A stretch of 64,000 bases of DNA from Oculina patagonica (GCF_052425735.1 NC_135759.1:15624001-15688000), one strand, 5' to 3'; shown: positions 1 to 14,285, counted from the first letter of the stretch. Numbers and translations: made by a program. Notes: generated from the sequence alone by a model not told the origin.

Positions 1-708
1 TCACACTGCAAGAAATTTAAACAAATGGACAGAGATCGAGCCATTTATTTTCGTGAATAATGTCTATTTCTAACTTCCCCTAATTAGTATGGTGTTATCC
101 CCATCTCTTTTCTTTATCTTATCTTTTTCAAAGTATAATGAAAGTGTTCACGGTTTTCGTGTTTTCGCTGCAAATTGTTCAAAGAGGGTTCTCATTGACT
201 CAAAGCGACAGTGCACAGAATACCATGAACACAGATCAGAGATCATTAATTTTAGAGACGAGTTACTACCTCTCCATGACATACTGTCAAATCATCGTTG
301 TTTCACTTCCTTTTGACAAGTAGAAGCACTGCAACGCAAGCTAGAACGCGAAATAAACATCCAAACCACAGTTAGCAGAACTCGCCATTCAAGCATCACG
401 TCTTTTTTTCAAAAACAAACAGGCGTTCCGTCTGCGCGATCGCTTTGCCCCAGATCACCTGCAACAGTTTCAACGTGACGCTATTTTTAGTCACGCTATT
501 CGGTCACGCATTTTTTGAATTTCGAAATGTATGCTATGTGTATTTATACCGGCAACCCCACCTGATGTCTAAAACAGCGTGAATTAATTTTTCCCGTTTG
601 TTCTGATAAACGTTTTCGAGAAAAATTACAAAGTCCAAACAGGATGTTGTATCATTGACTAGCACCAGGCCTCTTCCCATTCGGAAGAGCAGGTGTTGGA
701 TCGACAAG

Positions 709-3700
709 ATGGCGGAAGGCGCGCTTACAAAGGCCGTTAACAAAAAGTACCCTGGTTTTACTTACGAAACAGAAGGCAAGTGGAATGGGCCTTTCTGTTT
801 CATCCATGCTGCAGACACACAATTTGGTTTGATCGATTCGTGGAACGAAGTCCCGCTAGCTGAGCAAAATTGGGAAAAGGAGATCGTCCTGACCCGAAAG
901 GCCATTTCGGCCGCAAATAAGCTGTCACCGAAACCCCGATTCTTTGTGGTTTGTGGCGACCTGGTGAACGCTTTTCCTTGGGAAGCGTATAACGATCCAC
1001 AAGTTGAGGATTTTAAGAAGATCTTCAAAGAACTCGACCCTAGCATACCGCTCATTTGCGTCTGTGGAAACCACGATGTTGGAGATTCGCCAACGCAAGA
1101 GTCACTGCAAAAGTACCGGAATAATTTCGGTGACGACTTCTATTCTTTTTGGGTAGGAGGTAAGGTTTTGATCTTCTTTTAGCGAAGCTCTAACAAGATA
1201 TTGTTAATTGCATATATATTCCTTCCGCAAAGATAAGGTGCAATGTTTCTTGTCCATTAAAGGTTTCATTATCATCGATTGTTTTCCATTGCATATTTTA
1301 AAAAATTCGCTCTCGAGTCCTTGAAAGGTGCATTTGACAATGAACTGCGTTTTTTAGCATCATCTAGGTCGTTTCAAGAAGCTGTCTAAACACTGTTTCC
1401 ATGTTAGCTTCATTGTTTTAAAATTGTAAAACACATGGCTCAATTTTGAGTAAACGTATAAAAATTTACTACGTAAAACCCGGGTGTGGGAGGGGAGACA
1501 GCAAAAATCTTTGGCCTTCATTTCAAATCATGGCTTCTGGAACGCATGCTGTGAGGTCCGTGGAAAGTGACCGAGGTTTGTTTTTGCTGTAAAGCTCTAA
1601 TAAAACAGTTTGTATGTTGATTCTTTAGAAATTTTGACTTTGATCTGGTTGGAAATTAAAAAGAAAATGTTTTCGGCTGGTTAAATGCACAAATCATGTT
1701 CATTTGAAGGCTCACGCGATCGAAAATTTAAGCTTATTGCTGTTTACAAACATTGCCGTCGAATTCGTTTTGTTATTCAAATTTGACAACCTTTGCCTTA
1801 ATAGCCAATGGATCGTATTGGCACAACAATGATACATGTAGGTGAAAAGTGTAAAAAAATTATTACCAAAACTACACTTCAATGCAATTTGAACAAGATC
1901 GAACAATTTTTTCCTCAGGCCAGTCCTGTAAAATGACTTTCAGCCCGCCATGAATGATTTTGCACAAGGCCATACAAGCCTTATGACAAAGTATTGATTT
2001 TAATTTTTTCGGTTAGCCTTCAGATGTTTTTTTTTTTGTCTCTGTAAAATAAATGAAATATAAATGACCCTCCAGGTGCTTTAGTGCAAGGTGCACTAAC
2101 TTAAGGGGATTTCCCAGGGAAGAGAAAATATCAGGCACTGGCTAGTTGCTAATTATTAAAACAAGGAAGTTTTAAGATTTTATTTCCTGTTTATCTTTCG
2201 GCAATTAAAAAGGGAAGAAAATTTAAAAAAAACTTTTAAACATATCTTTCAACACAAGATGCAAAAATCGTTATAACCACATTATAACCAAAACATGTAC
2301 AAGTATTAATTTTAAGCATAGGAACCCAAGTGTTGATAAGGGTGCATATATGTGTCTGAGAGTTATTAGGAAATATAAAAAATATATGTAAAATTCATTA
2401 AATATAACATACACCTGATATTGTTTTCTAGCCTTTGTAAGCTGTTTGAAAAGATCTGTAAAGGTGTAGTTCTACTGTCATGTACTTAAGTACATTGGTG
2501 AACAGGATTCTGAATTTATTTTTATTTTTATTAACTGTTGAGTTTCAGAGCCTGGGGGCGGCACATGGCCAACATGCTTTCCTTATTTTACCATAACACT
2601 TATTGAGCGACAGGAACACTTACTTGTGACACCCTTGACAGGTGTTATGGGATACAGGTTCGACAAAGAGTGCAGCTGCTTAATAATAATGACTTGTCAA
2701 GCTGCAAAAAGAGTTGAGCCACATTCAAGTTTTTCACAGACATGAGCTGGCCATACATTTTCTCTATTTTGTTTACAGCGTGAATTTATGTTATACAGTA
2801 GAACCCCGGTAACTCGAACTCGGATAACTCAAACAACCCCGCTAACTCGAACAAACTTCCATTTCCCTTGGATTTGAACCCACCTTTCGGTCTTATTCAA
2901 TCGATCCTGATAACTCGAAACCCCGCTAACTCGAACTGTTTTTCGTTTCCCTTCAGAGTTTGAGTTACCGGGGGTTCTACTGTATTTAATAAGTAAAATT
3001 ATGCATCAGTGGAAATCCACCTTAAAAGAGCAAAGTCACAATATTTTAAGTCATTTTTCTGATTACTTGCAAATTGAAGGAAACCTCAAAATAACAGTTT
3101 TCTAACATAGAAAAATAACAAAGGAGTACCAAAATGCGAAAATAACCAAGGATGGTTTCAACTGATGAAAGATTAAGTCGTGAATCTTACATAGCTCCTT
3201 TAAGACTGACTTAGATGTAGCACTCCAAAGAAGAATCCTTACAATGTAAATTCAGAGTTGATAAAATAAATATGTGCAGAGATATGAATTTTTCTTTGAA
3301 GTTAAATTTGTTATAGATCATGAATATTAATGGGAGAAATATCAAGTTGAACTTCTATATTTTAAAGCGAGCTTATAAATTTCTGTTAGTTATGTTGCAT
3401 GTATTTGTGTTAGCATTAATTTTTGTACTTAAACTAAGGATGTTAAAGCTGGAAAGCCAATTGTTTCTGTAAAGTTCCGTGAATAAGCATCACCCCCCAA
3501 TTTGGAAGCTCAAATTTTGAAAGAAAAAATACAAGACAAAGTTTGAAATTTGAGAAGTTTTTTTATGAATATTTAATAGGCCTAGGAACTTTAACCAGAG
3601 ATGTTTTCGTAGATAAGCCGCACTCCCGATTTTTACACTGTATCTTTAATTTTGAGGAAAACGGTGCAGCTTATACATGGATTAAACTCATCAACAATAG

Positions 3701-4568
3701 ATGAGCTTGGGGAATGGTGCCTACAAGGAGGGGGAGCACGAATGCCTGAGCGAAAGGGGACGAACCGGCGGCAACACCCACCCGCCCCGCAAAAAAAAAA
3801 AGAAAAATCCCGAAAAGGGGGGGGGGGGGGGGGGGAAAAAGAGAGAATAAAAAAAAAAAGGCCCAAACCCCCCCCACCCCCCCCCCCCCCCCAATAAATG
3901 CTTTAATATGACATTTGCATGCATAGTACTTAACTTTTTCCTAACCTTCTTTCTGGTGTATGATAATGAATTAGAATATAAAACAAAGAGAAATACCATT
4001 GAATTATACCAATAGCAAAACTGAACCACAACACAAACATACAAATAATATGTTCTTTAGTTACTTTTTGTCACTGGTGTCTCAGATATAAAATTGTAAC
4101 CTGTCAACATTTTCTTTTGTAGGTGTTTTCTTTATAGTTGTCAATAGTCAGTTTTATAAAGATGCCAGTCAGGTACTTGAGCACAAAAAGGAACATGATA
4201 ACTGGCTCGACGAGCAGCTTGTACTTGCAAAGAGTTGCGGTGCACAACATGTGGTCATGTTTCAACACATTCCTTGGTTTTTCGGCACCCCTGATGAGAG
4301 TGACAACTACTTCAATATTGAGACAAATGTACGCAAACAAATGCTAACAAAGATAAAGAATGCAGGAATTAAATATGTGTTTGCGGGTCATTACCACAGA
4401 AATGCTGGTGGTTTTGACGAAGATTTGGAAATGGTTGTCACAAGTGCCATTGGTCAGCAAATTAACAACGATAAAGATTCAGGAATGAGGATTGTATGCG
4501 TTGGGTCTGAAAAAATTACTCATGAATATTATGAACTGGACAGTGTTCCAACCAGCGTTACTCTTTAA
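709..4568 (+). CDS. CPPED1: Calcineurin-like metallophosphoesterase CPPED1, 2 exons, 298 aa
   Basis: Exon 1 is 709-1159 (ATG 709, donor G|GTAAGG) and exon 2 is 4123-4568 (acceptor TTTTGTAG|), joined by a phase-1 intron giving ...FYSFWVG-GVFFIVVNSQFY... Metallophosphoesterase motifs occur in order: ADTQFG, CGDLVN, GNHD, FQHIP, AGHYHRN. 'GPFCFI..ADTQFG' and 'MVVTSAIG' are typical of CPPED1. Confidence 0.93.
2796..2982. mobile_element. Tc1/mariner-type MITE in the CPPED1 intron
   Basis: TIR CAGTAGAACCCC(C)GGTAACTC at both ends, TA flanking both sides, internal TAACTCGAA repeats. Confidence 0.8.
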
Positions 4569-6075
4569 TAAACTGTCCTGTCTCAACAGAAGAGTTTTGA
4601 GAATCCCGTGCAACTGTTTTGCTCTGACTGGAACAAGTGATCTGTCAACAGTTCTGTCATGTATCCTTGCCAACTTGTGTGAACCATACTAAAACTGCTT
4701 TTCTGCAGTGTCAATTATCTTTCTTATCTTTTGAAAGATTGTCAAAAGGGATGACCACAAGAAATACATTTTAACCACAACATAACTTATTGCCCACAGT
4801 TGTGTTGAAAACTGTAGTAAGCTATTACAAATTGGCTGGTTCCAAAATATTTGTTTGAAAATGATTGAATATGATTGTATTGATCAAAATTATTTTTCTG
4901 TAGTGGGTTTTGTGATTAGCAGAAGGCTTTTGTTTACCCATGTTCAAGGGCATATCATGGGCCCCAGTTTTGTTATTAATTAATAGAATTTATGATTATG
5001 ATATTGAGGTCACTTTCAACTGTTTGTTTAAAAAAATCAGTCATTGTGTAATTGTATATCTAATTTTAATTATTTAACTGAAGTCAGGATTTAACGGGCT
5101 ACCGTGCACTGTACATGTAGGTCACAGAGGTGCAAAGACAATTCATATGCCTTTATTGCCAATATTGTTATTCACAAATTAAAAATTTCAAATTATTGAC
5201 CTTTTCATGTAATTCAATTTGTACACTTGAGTTCTGTTGGCTTGACAAAAAATTCAAATGTTATTAATAATGCTTCTTATCTGCTTTAATCTTGTTAAGC
5301 TTTTATTGGCCAATCATAAAAATTATGTTTTAAAGTGATTTTTCTTGCTTCAAACCATCGTATATAGCATTATTGTGGCTATATTTTAATTTGTATGCAA
5401 CAACAATTTTTTTGTCTAAACTGGCTAATTGTAGCCAAATATTACTCTATGTAAACAAAGTTACGTTACAAAATAATATTATTAATGTACATGATATACA
5501 TCTAGAGTAATTGAAGTAAGAAAAATATTAAATTTAAAAGCTATAACCTAGAGACTCATTCCACATATAAATTATTAATTTTGCTGAAATCCAATATTGT
5601 TAAAGCTTAATACATTTGATTTCGTTAATAAGACTTGGGGTTAACATATTTTATAGAATTAGCACAATGAATGTATAGCCTCATATTTATTCTTAACAGT
5701 CAACGTTGCCTTAAGCTTTAATATCTATAAGTAGGTGATTACATCATATTTACTAAAAGCATCACTAAAAGTGATATACAAATTTATGTATAAAAGATAA
5801 CAATAACAATGTATATCGGAATTGCTTAACGTCATTTTAGTCACACTGGGTAGTACAATGATATTTCATGTATATTTTGGGGACTTAGAACAATTTAGTA
5901 CAGCTGTAGTTATGTACATGTTAATTATTTAACCCATTGACACTTGGAAATGGAACAACTGCAGTGTTGCATTTCTTGTACATGTAATGTATTGTAAATT
6001 GCACTAATGGCCTGATTCTCAGACGGTCTGAGGTTTCCTGTCTCACCCTCTCCTGTAGAGAAGAGTGAGAGTGAG

Positions 6076-6135
6076 TGACGGATCATCTGAGATTCAGGCT
6101 TCATCGATGAAGCCTGAATCTCAGATGACCCGTCA
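6076..6135. repeat. 60-bp near-perfect palindrome
   Basis: TGACGGATCATCTGAGATTCAGGCTTCATC|GATGAAGCCTGAATCTCAGATGACCCGTCA with one mismatch. A related arm (GCCTGATTCTCAGACGGTC) is at about 6010. Confidence 0.85.
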
Positions 6136-7528
6136 GTAATTTATTATTATTCATCAACAGTCCATACAAGTGTAGTTCTAAACATATAATGGTAGACATT
6201 TATTACAAGCCCCAGAGCAGTCAAGTTTCCAAATTTTAAATATTATTTAAAATTATAATACTTTTAAAGAGAGGGTCTGGTATAGGGGGTCGCACAACCC
6301 GCAAATCGCCATAGTTTGTTCTTTCTAGACCACAAACAGTCTTAGTTCGTTTTTTCCTCAAGACCAAGACCACTCTTTTTATAGACCATAAACTGCTGTA
6401 TAAATAGGAATGAACCAGCAGGCCAACACTCAATAGAACTGTTAAATTTCACTGTACCACCTTGTGTAATAATATGCTAGTTCTGTGGTATAAAAGGAAT
6501 TGGTGGCATAACAGACAAAACATAATTTTTCAAGAGGATAAGATCTAGTGTTTTCTAAAGCAGTGTAACTGTTAGAACATTACAAAATGTGCATCATGTA
6601 TTGAACTTTAATACACCCGCTTTCAGTGTTACCATAGTTAGTAGAGGGTGTTACATGCATTGTGGCTTTTTTCAACATCCATCTTTCAACATGCTTAACA
6701 AACAAGACAGATCAAAATCCGCCAATCACACGATGATCTGAACTAATGGACTCATTTGCATGAAACGAACACTGGTATGCATAAGTTTTGATTGGCTTGT
6801 TTCAAACAGCATGTGGTAAGATGATGTAGAAAGATAGCTATGCATGTAAAACTGATAGCTGGTGTATTACACTGCTTTTATTATGCATTGTGTTAGCATT
6901 GTATAGTAGGTATTGATGAAATACTACTTTTTGAATTGGTTTAAATTTCAGCAGCTGGAGAAGCCATGTTGTATATTGCCAAATTGTTGATGTAAGGGAG
7001 AAGACAAACTGTATTATATAATTATAATGTATCATTTTTGCCATAAGTTACATGGCTTTGAAAGAATTTGTATTATGTCACCAGTTCATTACCCCACTAT
7101 TGTTTATAGAAAATAAAGGGTACAAAATATATATACTCAATAAAAGTCTTCAATCACAACTTGAGGATCCACACAGGTTCTGGTGGCGTGTTTATTAGCA
7201 TCAAAACCAGGATTTCCTGTGCTCTTCAAAGAGTGAAATATTGTGAATTATGAAAAATAATTAAGTATAATCACTATGAGGTATATTACATTTATACATG
7301 TAAGTCACATCAAGCTAGTTGCAGATTTAGGATTTTATCTGAGGAGGTTTACGTGATCTCTGCAAGAACTCAGTAATTTCCTTTTGTATTGAAAGTGCTT
7401 TGTTTTTGTGCAGCAATCAGCAATGATATTTTCTTGCATTATCTAATCACAGTTGATTGAAATAAATAAAATGCCTCAAGCTTGACTGTAACTTGGTCTA
7501 CATTATTTTGTTACACTGATTGTTACTC

Positions 7529-7742
7529 AGGGATGGACCCTTATTTTTTTAGGGGTGGGGGGTGGACAATTTTTCTGGGCAAGATCTTTTTTTCACCTTC
7601 AGGTTGTGCAAGATCTTTTTAAAGATTTTTTCTTAATTCTTTCCCATGGCTCCCCTTGCACTTTTATTTTCAGCCATTTTTTCTTTGCAGGGATTTTTTT
7701 GGAAATTGCTTAACCCCCTCAAAAAAATAATGGTCCGTCCCT
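7529..7742. mobile_element. Small MITE
   Basis: Imperfect TIRs AGGGATGGACCCTTATTTTTT / AAAAAAATAATGGTCCGTCCCT. Confidence 0.55.
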
Positions 7743-9957
7743 AAGAAGCTGTTTTAAAAGCCAGGGGGTCTACCTTACCTTGAGTTTGTAACTGGATGGT
7801 GTCTCATTTTGACCTTCCAGGTCTGTGACTGGGTTTCCATTTTGGCCTATTTGTCTGAGATGTGGTTGCAGAATGGGGAAAAATATCTCAAATTTACATC
7901 TTTCTGCTTACCCAGGTCAGGCCGTTTTGAAATTTGTGAAAATTAACTGATGTGTAGTTAAGTGAAGAAAATTTAGAAAGAAAGAAAACCTTCCTTGTCA
8001 CCTCCAGTATGGAATGGGGTAACGTTAACTTTAAAGTCTAAGATAGGGTGGCAAACTTGAACTTTTTTGGTTTTTTGAGATGGGGTAGGGGTTCCTAGAC
8101 CCCCACCCAAAGATTTCCAAGTCCCCCCCCCCCCACCCCGGTTTTAAAGAAGGATCACCATGTGCAGCATTCAATGGCTTTTGGGTTATCACAGATCTAA
8201 GCCCACAACAAAGCCTGCAAACACAGCCACCCCTCATTGCTCTTGCAAACGCCAAACCGACCAGGAGCTAGAGAGGCAGTTGTGTTCGCAGGCTAGAACC
8301 CATGTTCTGCGCCCTCCGTCAGCACTATTGTACTCCACTCAGTGACATAACCCATTTTTTGAAACCAAAGTTAGTTATCACACAGAAAAATGGAGCAAAA
8401 ATATGAGCTTTAATTTTTAATAAAATTCTCAACAATAACTGAATTTACTTTGTAAACTCTGTGACAACTTCACAATAAATTACCAACAACCACAAATCTG
8501 GTTTTAATCCTTTAACACAAATAATCTGGTTAAACCTTGGATTAATATTAATAACATTTTTTTATCACTGAACAAGCTGGAACATACATGTTGGGATTCA
8601 ATTTTACTCTTTACATTACAAATTGGTATTTTCCCTTGTTTTATATTTATTATTATTTATTACCATTTCACCAGAACAAAGAAAAAAAACAAGTTGTATC
8701 AAGCCAGGGTAAAATTGAACCACAACATAAAGCAGCCAACAAGTCAACGTTGATGTTCTTGTTGCACAAATTAATTAAATTAATTATTCTGTGGAAATTA
8801 TTTTATAAATGCTGTAAATAGATAATACCTCCTGGTACATTGAATTGAAAATTGACAATAGTACCGAAGAAGCAACTGGCCATTAATACTGCAGTAACAG
8901 ACTCGTACGCAGTCGTTACTCATTTTTTTGTTTTCGCTACGGTCGAAGAGGATGATGCCTTGCGCGCCGCTAAAAAGCAAGAGAAGCGACTGGGTACGAG
9001 TCTGCTGCAGTAACTGTAGTAGAGAAACTCAAAGTTTGAAAATGATCAAACAACAACAGCCACCTACAATGTACTTTCATTACATATTCGGAAAGTCCAC
9101 TTTTTTGAAGCTTAATGACATCTCCAGTTAAGGCTGTATTTGTTTTACAGTGTAGTAGCACTAACTTTCTCGTAAAAAGGCGTTTGTTTTGCAAAAAAAT
9201 AATACATAATAATTTGAAACTTGCTGTGCACACATCTAGCATTATTTCTAACGTGCTTTGTACTCTCATTTCTTGGATACAATATCTCGGGCAGACCAGT
9301 CAGAAGGAAACAATAATGTAAAAAGATAACACAATTTAAAACAAAATTTGCAACTGGTGTACTGCAGCTATTAGTACTTTAATGCCTGTTTAATATATAT
9401 AATCTCTGTTATCTGACAAAAGACTGAAATTCAGTGCTACTTCTTAAATGAACTCGAGACGAGAGTGCATTCTTTAACATTTTAGAGGAGCATCCCATCA
9501 CTTTATGTAAGAGACCCACCCCCCGTGCGCTGCTGGAGGAAGGGGTTAGGTATTTCTTGCTTCTGCCCCACCCTCTAAGGCCATCCCAATAAAATGTTCT
9601 GTTTCCCAATGCCTGACTAAACCAGTTTAAAACAAAAATTAAAAATAGTAATTCCTTGATCCATTGCCTATTTATTTGAAATGACAAAGTATTGTAATAC
9701 ATTTAGAATTTGAGTGCTGGGGATAGTATGATTTAGGCACCAAGAAATTGTTACTTTTGTTTTTTTGGATTTTTTTGCCTGGCCTACCAACCCACTTAAT
9801 CATGAAAGAGGACAATGGGAAATAGAACATTTTTTTTGTTGGGATGGCCTAACCCAAAAAATATTTATTTCTGGCTATATCATGCAAAGAAAATTGCCAA
9901 TTTACAATAAATCCTTTGTTAATTATAAGCAAGTACTTTACAAATAAATACACTTTA

Positions 9958-10704
9958 AGGCCTGTTTACATGGAGGGAGGGTGCCCCGGCTAACCGAGTT
10001 ACCCGGCTAGAAGGGATAAAACCTAGCCCGCCTTTACATGCAGAATTCACAACCCTTCTACCCGAGATGAGACAGCGTCAATGAAGCGTGTCACGGCGTG
10101 GGAAAACAATGTAGCTCCAAATGATTGAAGAAAAATATGACTTTTTACTGAATAATCAAGGCTTTTCATTTCAACCCTTTTTTAATTTGATGTGCAAGTT
10201 CTCAGAAACTTACTGCGTTCATTTTTGGCGAAATTCAATCGAAATTCAACAGTATTTGGCCGCCAAATTGAAATTAAATTTGTTGTGTCGTGAATTAGGA
10301 TAATCATTCCCACAAAAATTTCGAATTAATTAGCTGTTGCTCAAAGAAATATTTCCAGCCCACCGATAAAACTTATTTTGATCAAATAGCACTGTTTGGG
10401 TCCAGAATTTATACATTTTATGCCATTAACTTCAAAATTAGTTTAAAAACACGCGCAAAAACTTATCCCGGCAAGCCGGGATAGCTCGGGCATAACCGTT
10501 TACATGGAAAAAAGCTATCCCGCCTAGAAGGGTGCCCCGGGCAAGTAGACCGAGTGCCCCGGCAAGGCGGGTTACCCTTCTAGCATGTAAAGGCTTCAAT
10601 ACGTTTTCTTAAGAAACGTATGAAAAGTTGGCTCGCCCAGGGCAGCTTGGTTAGCCGGGTAACTCGGTTAGCCGGGGGAACCCGCCTTCCATGTAAACAG
10701 GCCC
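9958..10704. mobile_element. PIF/Harbinger-type MITE
   Basis: Long TIR (GGCCTGTTTACATGGA...CCCCGGCTAACCGAGTTACCCGGCTA) at both ends, TTA target-site duplication at 9955-9957 and 10705-10707, subterminal CCCGG repeats. Confidence 0.85.
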
Positions 10705-10958
10705 TTAGATAAATATTGCCAGGCCAAAAAATTGGGAACAGCAAAATTATATGCAAATTAATCAATTTATCATAATTCCTTACAACGTACTAGCTGTATG
10801 TTTCATTGGCGTTTTGTCTTGCTTCAAAAAATTCCATTGTCACTGAAAAAGAAATTTAAAGCTCTGCCGACAGTTTGTCACTTGTAAACAGCTAGCCACG
10901 TGTAAACATGAGTTGTAGCACTAATGTACAAATGTAGCAATTTCAATGTACAAAGATT

Positions 10959-12173
10959 TTAAACGTAAGTCATCATGCTCTCGCTGGTGTTAGGACTTTC
11001 TTCGACTGCTGAAGCAGAATGCTTAGCACTTCTCTGCCTCCGAGGCATCTTTCTTTTGATGGAATCGGTGAATTTCTTGAATGATCCGCGGCTACGAATC
11101 TTGCCAGTCGTTGTAGCGTATTTCTTGTCGTTCCGCTTAAACTGCCGCACGGCCAAGTGAGAATCCACTTCACCGAAAGACCTGCTTCGTCGAAATAACT
11201 TCTTCTCGGGCTGGTAAAAAAGCGCTTGGTGCTGTAAAGCGTCGTTGAGAACTCTCTCTGCGGCTTTGTGGCCGAAATGCCCGTGAAATCTGTACGAATA
11301 GCTCCCTCCGTCTTTTCTTTCCTGCGAGTAAACAACCACATAAAATTTCCTGTTTTGAAAAATCATGGTGACGATTTCATGCCAAGGAAAGTTTTCGATC
11401 ACATTCCCGGGTACACCAAAGTTGTCAACACCAAAAACAAGAACTCCACTGCTGCAAATTGCTAAGAGGACTGCATTGCCGTTTTTGTCAGTCGCTCCGT
11501 GGTGTAATGACATGCCGTAGAACGGAAGGCTGTGGGCGATCTCCAGAAAAGCGATTCTCGCTTCGCTCTCGGTCATTCCTTTATGCGAACGATGTAAAGT
11601 GTACACCATTCCTTCGTATTTATCTTCGCTCAGTTCAACATCGGAGTTTATTCCGTTCGGTGGAGCAAAGAACGATCCCAATAGATCCTCCAGGTAGCCT
11701 CGTGTGTGAAACTTAGGCTTGAAATCCCCAAGAACAGCTTGAGCGAAGAAGCCATCTAGGATAGCATGTTCATTGACTGAGGTGACAAATTTGCCCCGAA
11801 TCAGAGAATCTTTGATTTGTAAAACCAACAGTTCCTGAACTTCTTTCGACTCGACGCTAGCATCTGATGGATAGAATCTGACTGCAAACTGAAAGGTATA
11901 AGGCTTTCTTCGCTGAGGTCGAATTTCTCTTTCCAGATCGAGCCACGACAGTTCGCCGTCGACTCCATCAACAAACTGCAACCCGAAGTAGGTTCTTGCA
12001 TTTGGCGGCAAGCCCAGCTTCTGGCTTACACTGTCGAAAAGCGCTTGTCCTTTAGTAGACTTCTTGTCAAATGTAGCCACAAAGAGGGAATTGTCTAGAA
12101 GCACAACCTGGCATTCTAATTTTCCCATTGATTTTCTTCTCTCAAATTTAACCGATTTTTTAACGGTCGCCAT
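10959..12173 (-). CDS. Intronless FERM-domain protein (band 4.1/PTPN-like FERM), 404 aa
   Basis: First ATG at 12173 (the ORF track starts at an upstream TTG). FERM signatures: F1 'CQVVLLDNS...GQALFDSV...YFGLQF...WLDL...FQFAVRFYP', F2 'AQAVLGDF...LHRSHKGMTESEARIAFLEIAHSLPFYG', F3 'LAICSSGVLV...FPWHEI'. Basic tail ending in -TYV. Confidence 0.9.
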   Translation of the reverse strand: MATVKKSVKFERRKSMGKLECQVVLLDNSLFVATFDKKSTKGQALFDSVSQKLGLPPNARTYFGLQFVDGVDGELSWLDLEREIRPQRRKPYTFQFAVRFYPSDASVESKEVQELLVLQIKDSLIRGKFVTSVNEHAILDGFFAQAVLGDFKPKFHTRGYLEDLLGSFFAPPNGINSDVELSEDKYEGMVYTLHRSHKGMTESEARIAFLEIAHSLPFYGMSLHHGATDKNGNAVLLAICSSGVLVFGVDNFGVPGNVIENFPWHEIVTMIFQNRKFYVVVYSQERKDGGSYSYRFHGHFGHKAAERVLNDALQHQALFYQPEKKLFRRSRSFGEVDSHLAVRQFKRNDKKYATTTGKIRSRGSFKKFTDSIKRKMPRRQRSAKHSASAVEESPNTSESMMTYV

Positions 12174-14285
12174 CTCGAAAGGTCTCGAAACTGAAAGTTC
12201 TACTGAACTTGAGATGAAACAGCTTCGCAAAGCGTTTCTTAGCAGTATTTCAAAGTTTTTCTTCGCAGAAGGTTTTGTTCTTTGAAACGTGGTTTTCGAA
12301 AAATGTATACAGCACGTTGCTCACTCAAAAATTATTGACGAAAAATTACAATCAGCAGGTCGATTAGAACGTACCACCATGACCTTTCGTGAAAAGATTT
12401 TACTCCCTCGAGTATTTTGTTTGTTTTCAATCTGCCTTCTGATTGGTTCTCGTGTCAAACCCTTTCCCGCGCGAATGTGCGCGTGTCAGCCGTCACACTC
12501 GTGTCCAGTTTTTCCTTGGCGAGCTTTGTATGGTGAAGATCAAAAGGGGTTTTATAGGTGAACATGTTGTTTTGTGGTAACGGATTTTAACATATATTTG
12601 CCGTAATCTATAAACTAGTTTAAAGGATTACGAAGGTCAACAAGAGATATACATGCAAGTGACTTTGATCATGGGTTTCTGCTTTGATACATTTTCCGCC
12701 CATCCCGCGAGGAAGGTTTGTATTGCAAACCGAAATATAGGGCAACGTTTTTTCAAGACATTTTAGTTGTTTTATCCATTTTGTTTATTTTTGACCGCTT
12801 ACGCCGTCAGGATCAGTTTGCCGTCTATATTTTCCGTTGATACAAAGCGTTTTGTATAAAAGCTCAGTAAAATACTCAGACAAGAACTTGTCATAACTGC
12901 CGGAAACTCTAGACACAAAAAACTTGGCCTTTTTATTTTTAAGACTGTACACTTTCGTTATGCGTCCTTTTTCTCTTTTTTTAGGGAAGATATAACGGCT
13001 GACTTGACTGATCACACGTAAACAGTACGGAACGTGACGAAATTTAAATCCTCTACAAATTAGCCCAAGGCAGTAATGGGCTCCTGCTCAAAGCAAAGTT
13101 CATGTCATCTGCAGTGCAGGTGTAGTGACTTGCACAGTTGCACGCGATAGTACGAGTACTTACCCAGCATTATTAACGACCAGTTTTTAAAACTGTTTTA
13201 TAATGTAATCAGCTGTGCACATGTACAGTGGAGACCAGTTGACTCATGATCATAAGTGGCAACAAGTGATCTTCCGAACGTTTTATCATTTCGGTTTGAT
13301 GTTCTGCTATTTGTAACATGGCAAGAAATTCTGAAGTTGATTTTTAGAGAGACATTCGTCACTTCGTATTAAAAATAAAGAACTTTGAGGACGGCAGAGA
13401 TCACAGTATCAAACTGCCTTTATTAGAGTCTAAATACAGTTATCGAGTAAAATCAAATTCACGTATCTTAGTGTTGACATCGACTTCCAATCCTTTATCT
13501 CGCCATAATTCTAAAGAAAAGATCTGCAGAATTTATCCAAAAATATCCCGAGCGTCAGTTTGGTCAACTGACTCACCCGGATCGGAATACTTAATTTCCA
13601 GGAATGGCATCATAATTTATTCCGATAAAGATAAATTTCTTTTCACGGATAGCTTCTTTGTTACCATATATAGCGAGATATGTAGATTTACATACGTACG
13701 TTCGTTTTCAAACGATGTTTCCTGCTTCCGGACCAGCTGGCCTCCTCGGCAGACCTTTAGCTGGTCACGCAATCTTGCGTTATTGGTATTTCCGGAGTTA
13801 CAAGATGACGTCACGGAAGACACGAAGCAGAGTGGGTGTTTCTAATATGTCTGTGATCCATTAATGTAAATCAATTTAATAATTTATACATTCCATTGTT
13901 GCCATTAGTTAGTTAACAATTGGGCAATCCTAGTTTTATTATTACAAACAGGAACTTTAGCTTAAAGTTTAGTTTAATTTTCCATAGTTTAATCCAGAAC
14001 ATACAAGAGTACGTCACAATCTGACATACGATCCGTGTTTATCCGTCGTTTCCAAAACCCTGCATTGACCCTGCCTCGATACTGGTCACGTAAATAGTGA
14101 GTTAAAAATAACACCCAATTAAAACAATAGTAGGTATTATTGGTGGGACTAATATTTGACCGCAGAGGTGTGAACAGAACGAAACTAGTTTCCTGCGAAT
14201 GTTTGCATTGGAAATTTCTCAGAGGAGAGAAAGAGAAACCACACAGCCAACCAGCATCGCAACGAAAGATCATATTTGAGTCAAG

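Noticed and set aside
2105-2115. Perfect kB site GGGGATTTCCC in the CPPED1 intron
   Set aside because: Isolated and far from the cluster promoters. A site or two is expected by chance in 64 kb.
3633-4044. ORFs with poly-Pro, poly-Gly and poly-Lys runs
   Set aside because: They arise from G/C/A homopolymer tracts inside the CPPED1 intron that look like low-quality consensus. The same applies to 45594-46054.
12289-14273. Short ORFs between the FERM genes
   Set aside because: No recognisable domains or splice structure; probably promoter and UTR sequence.
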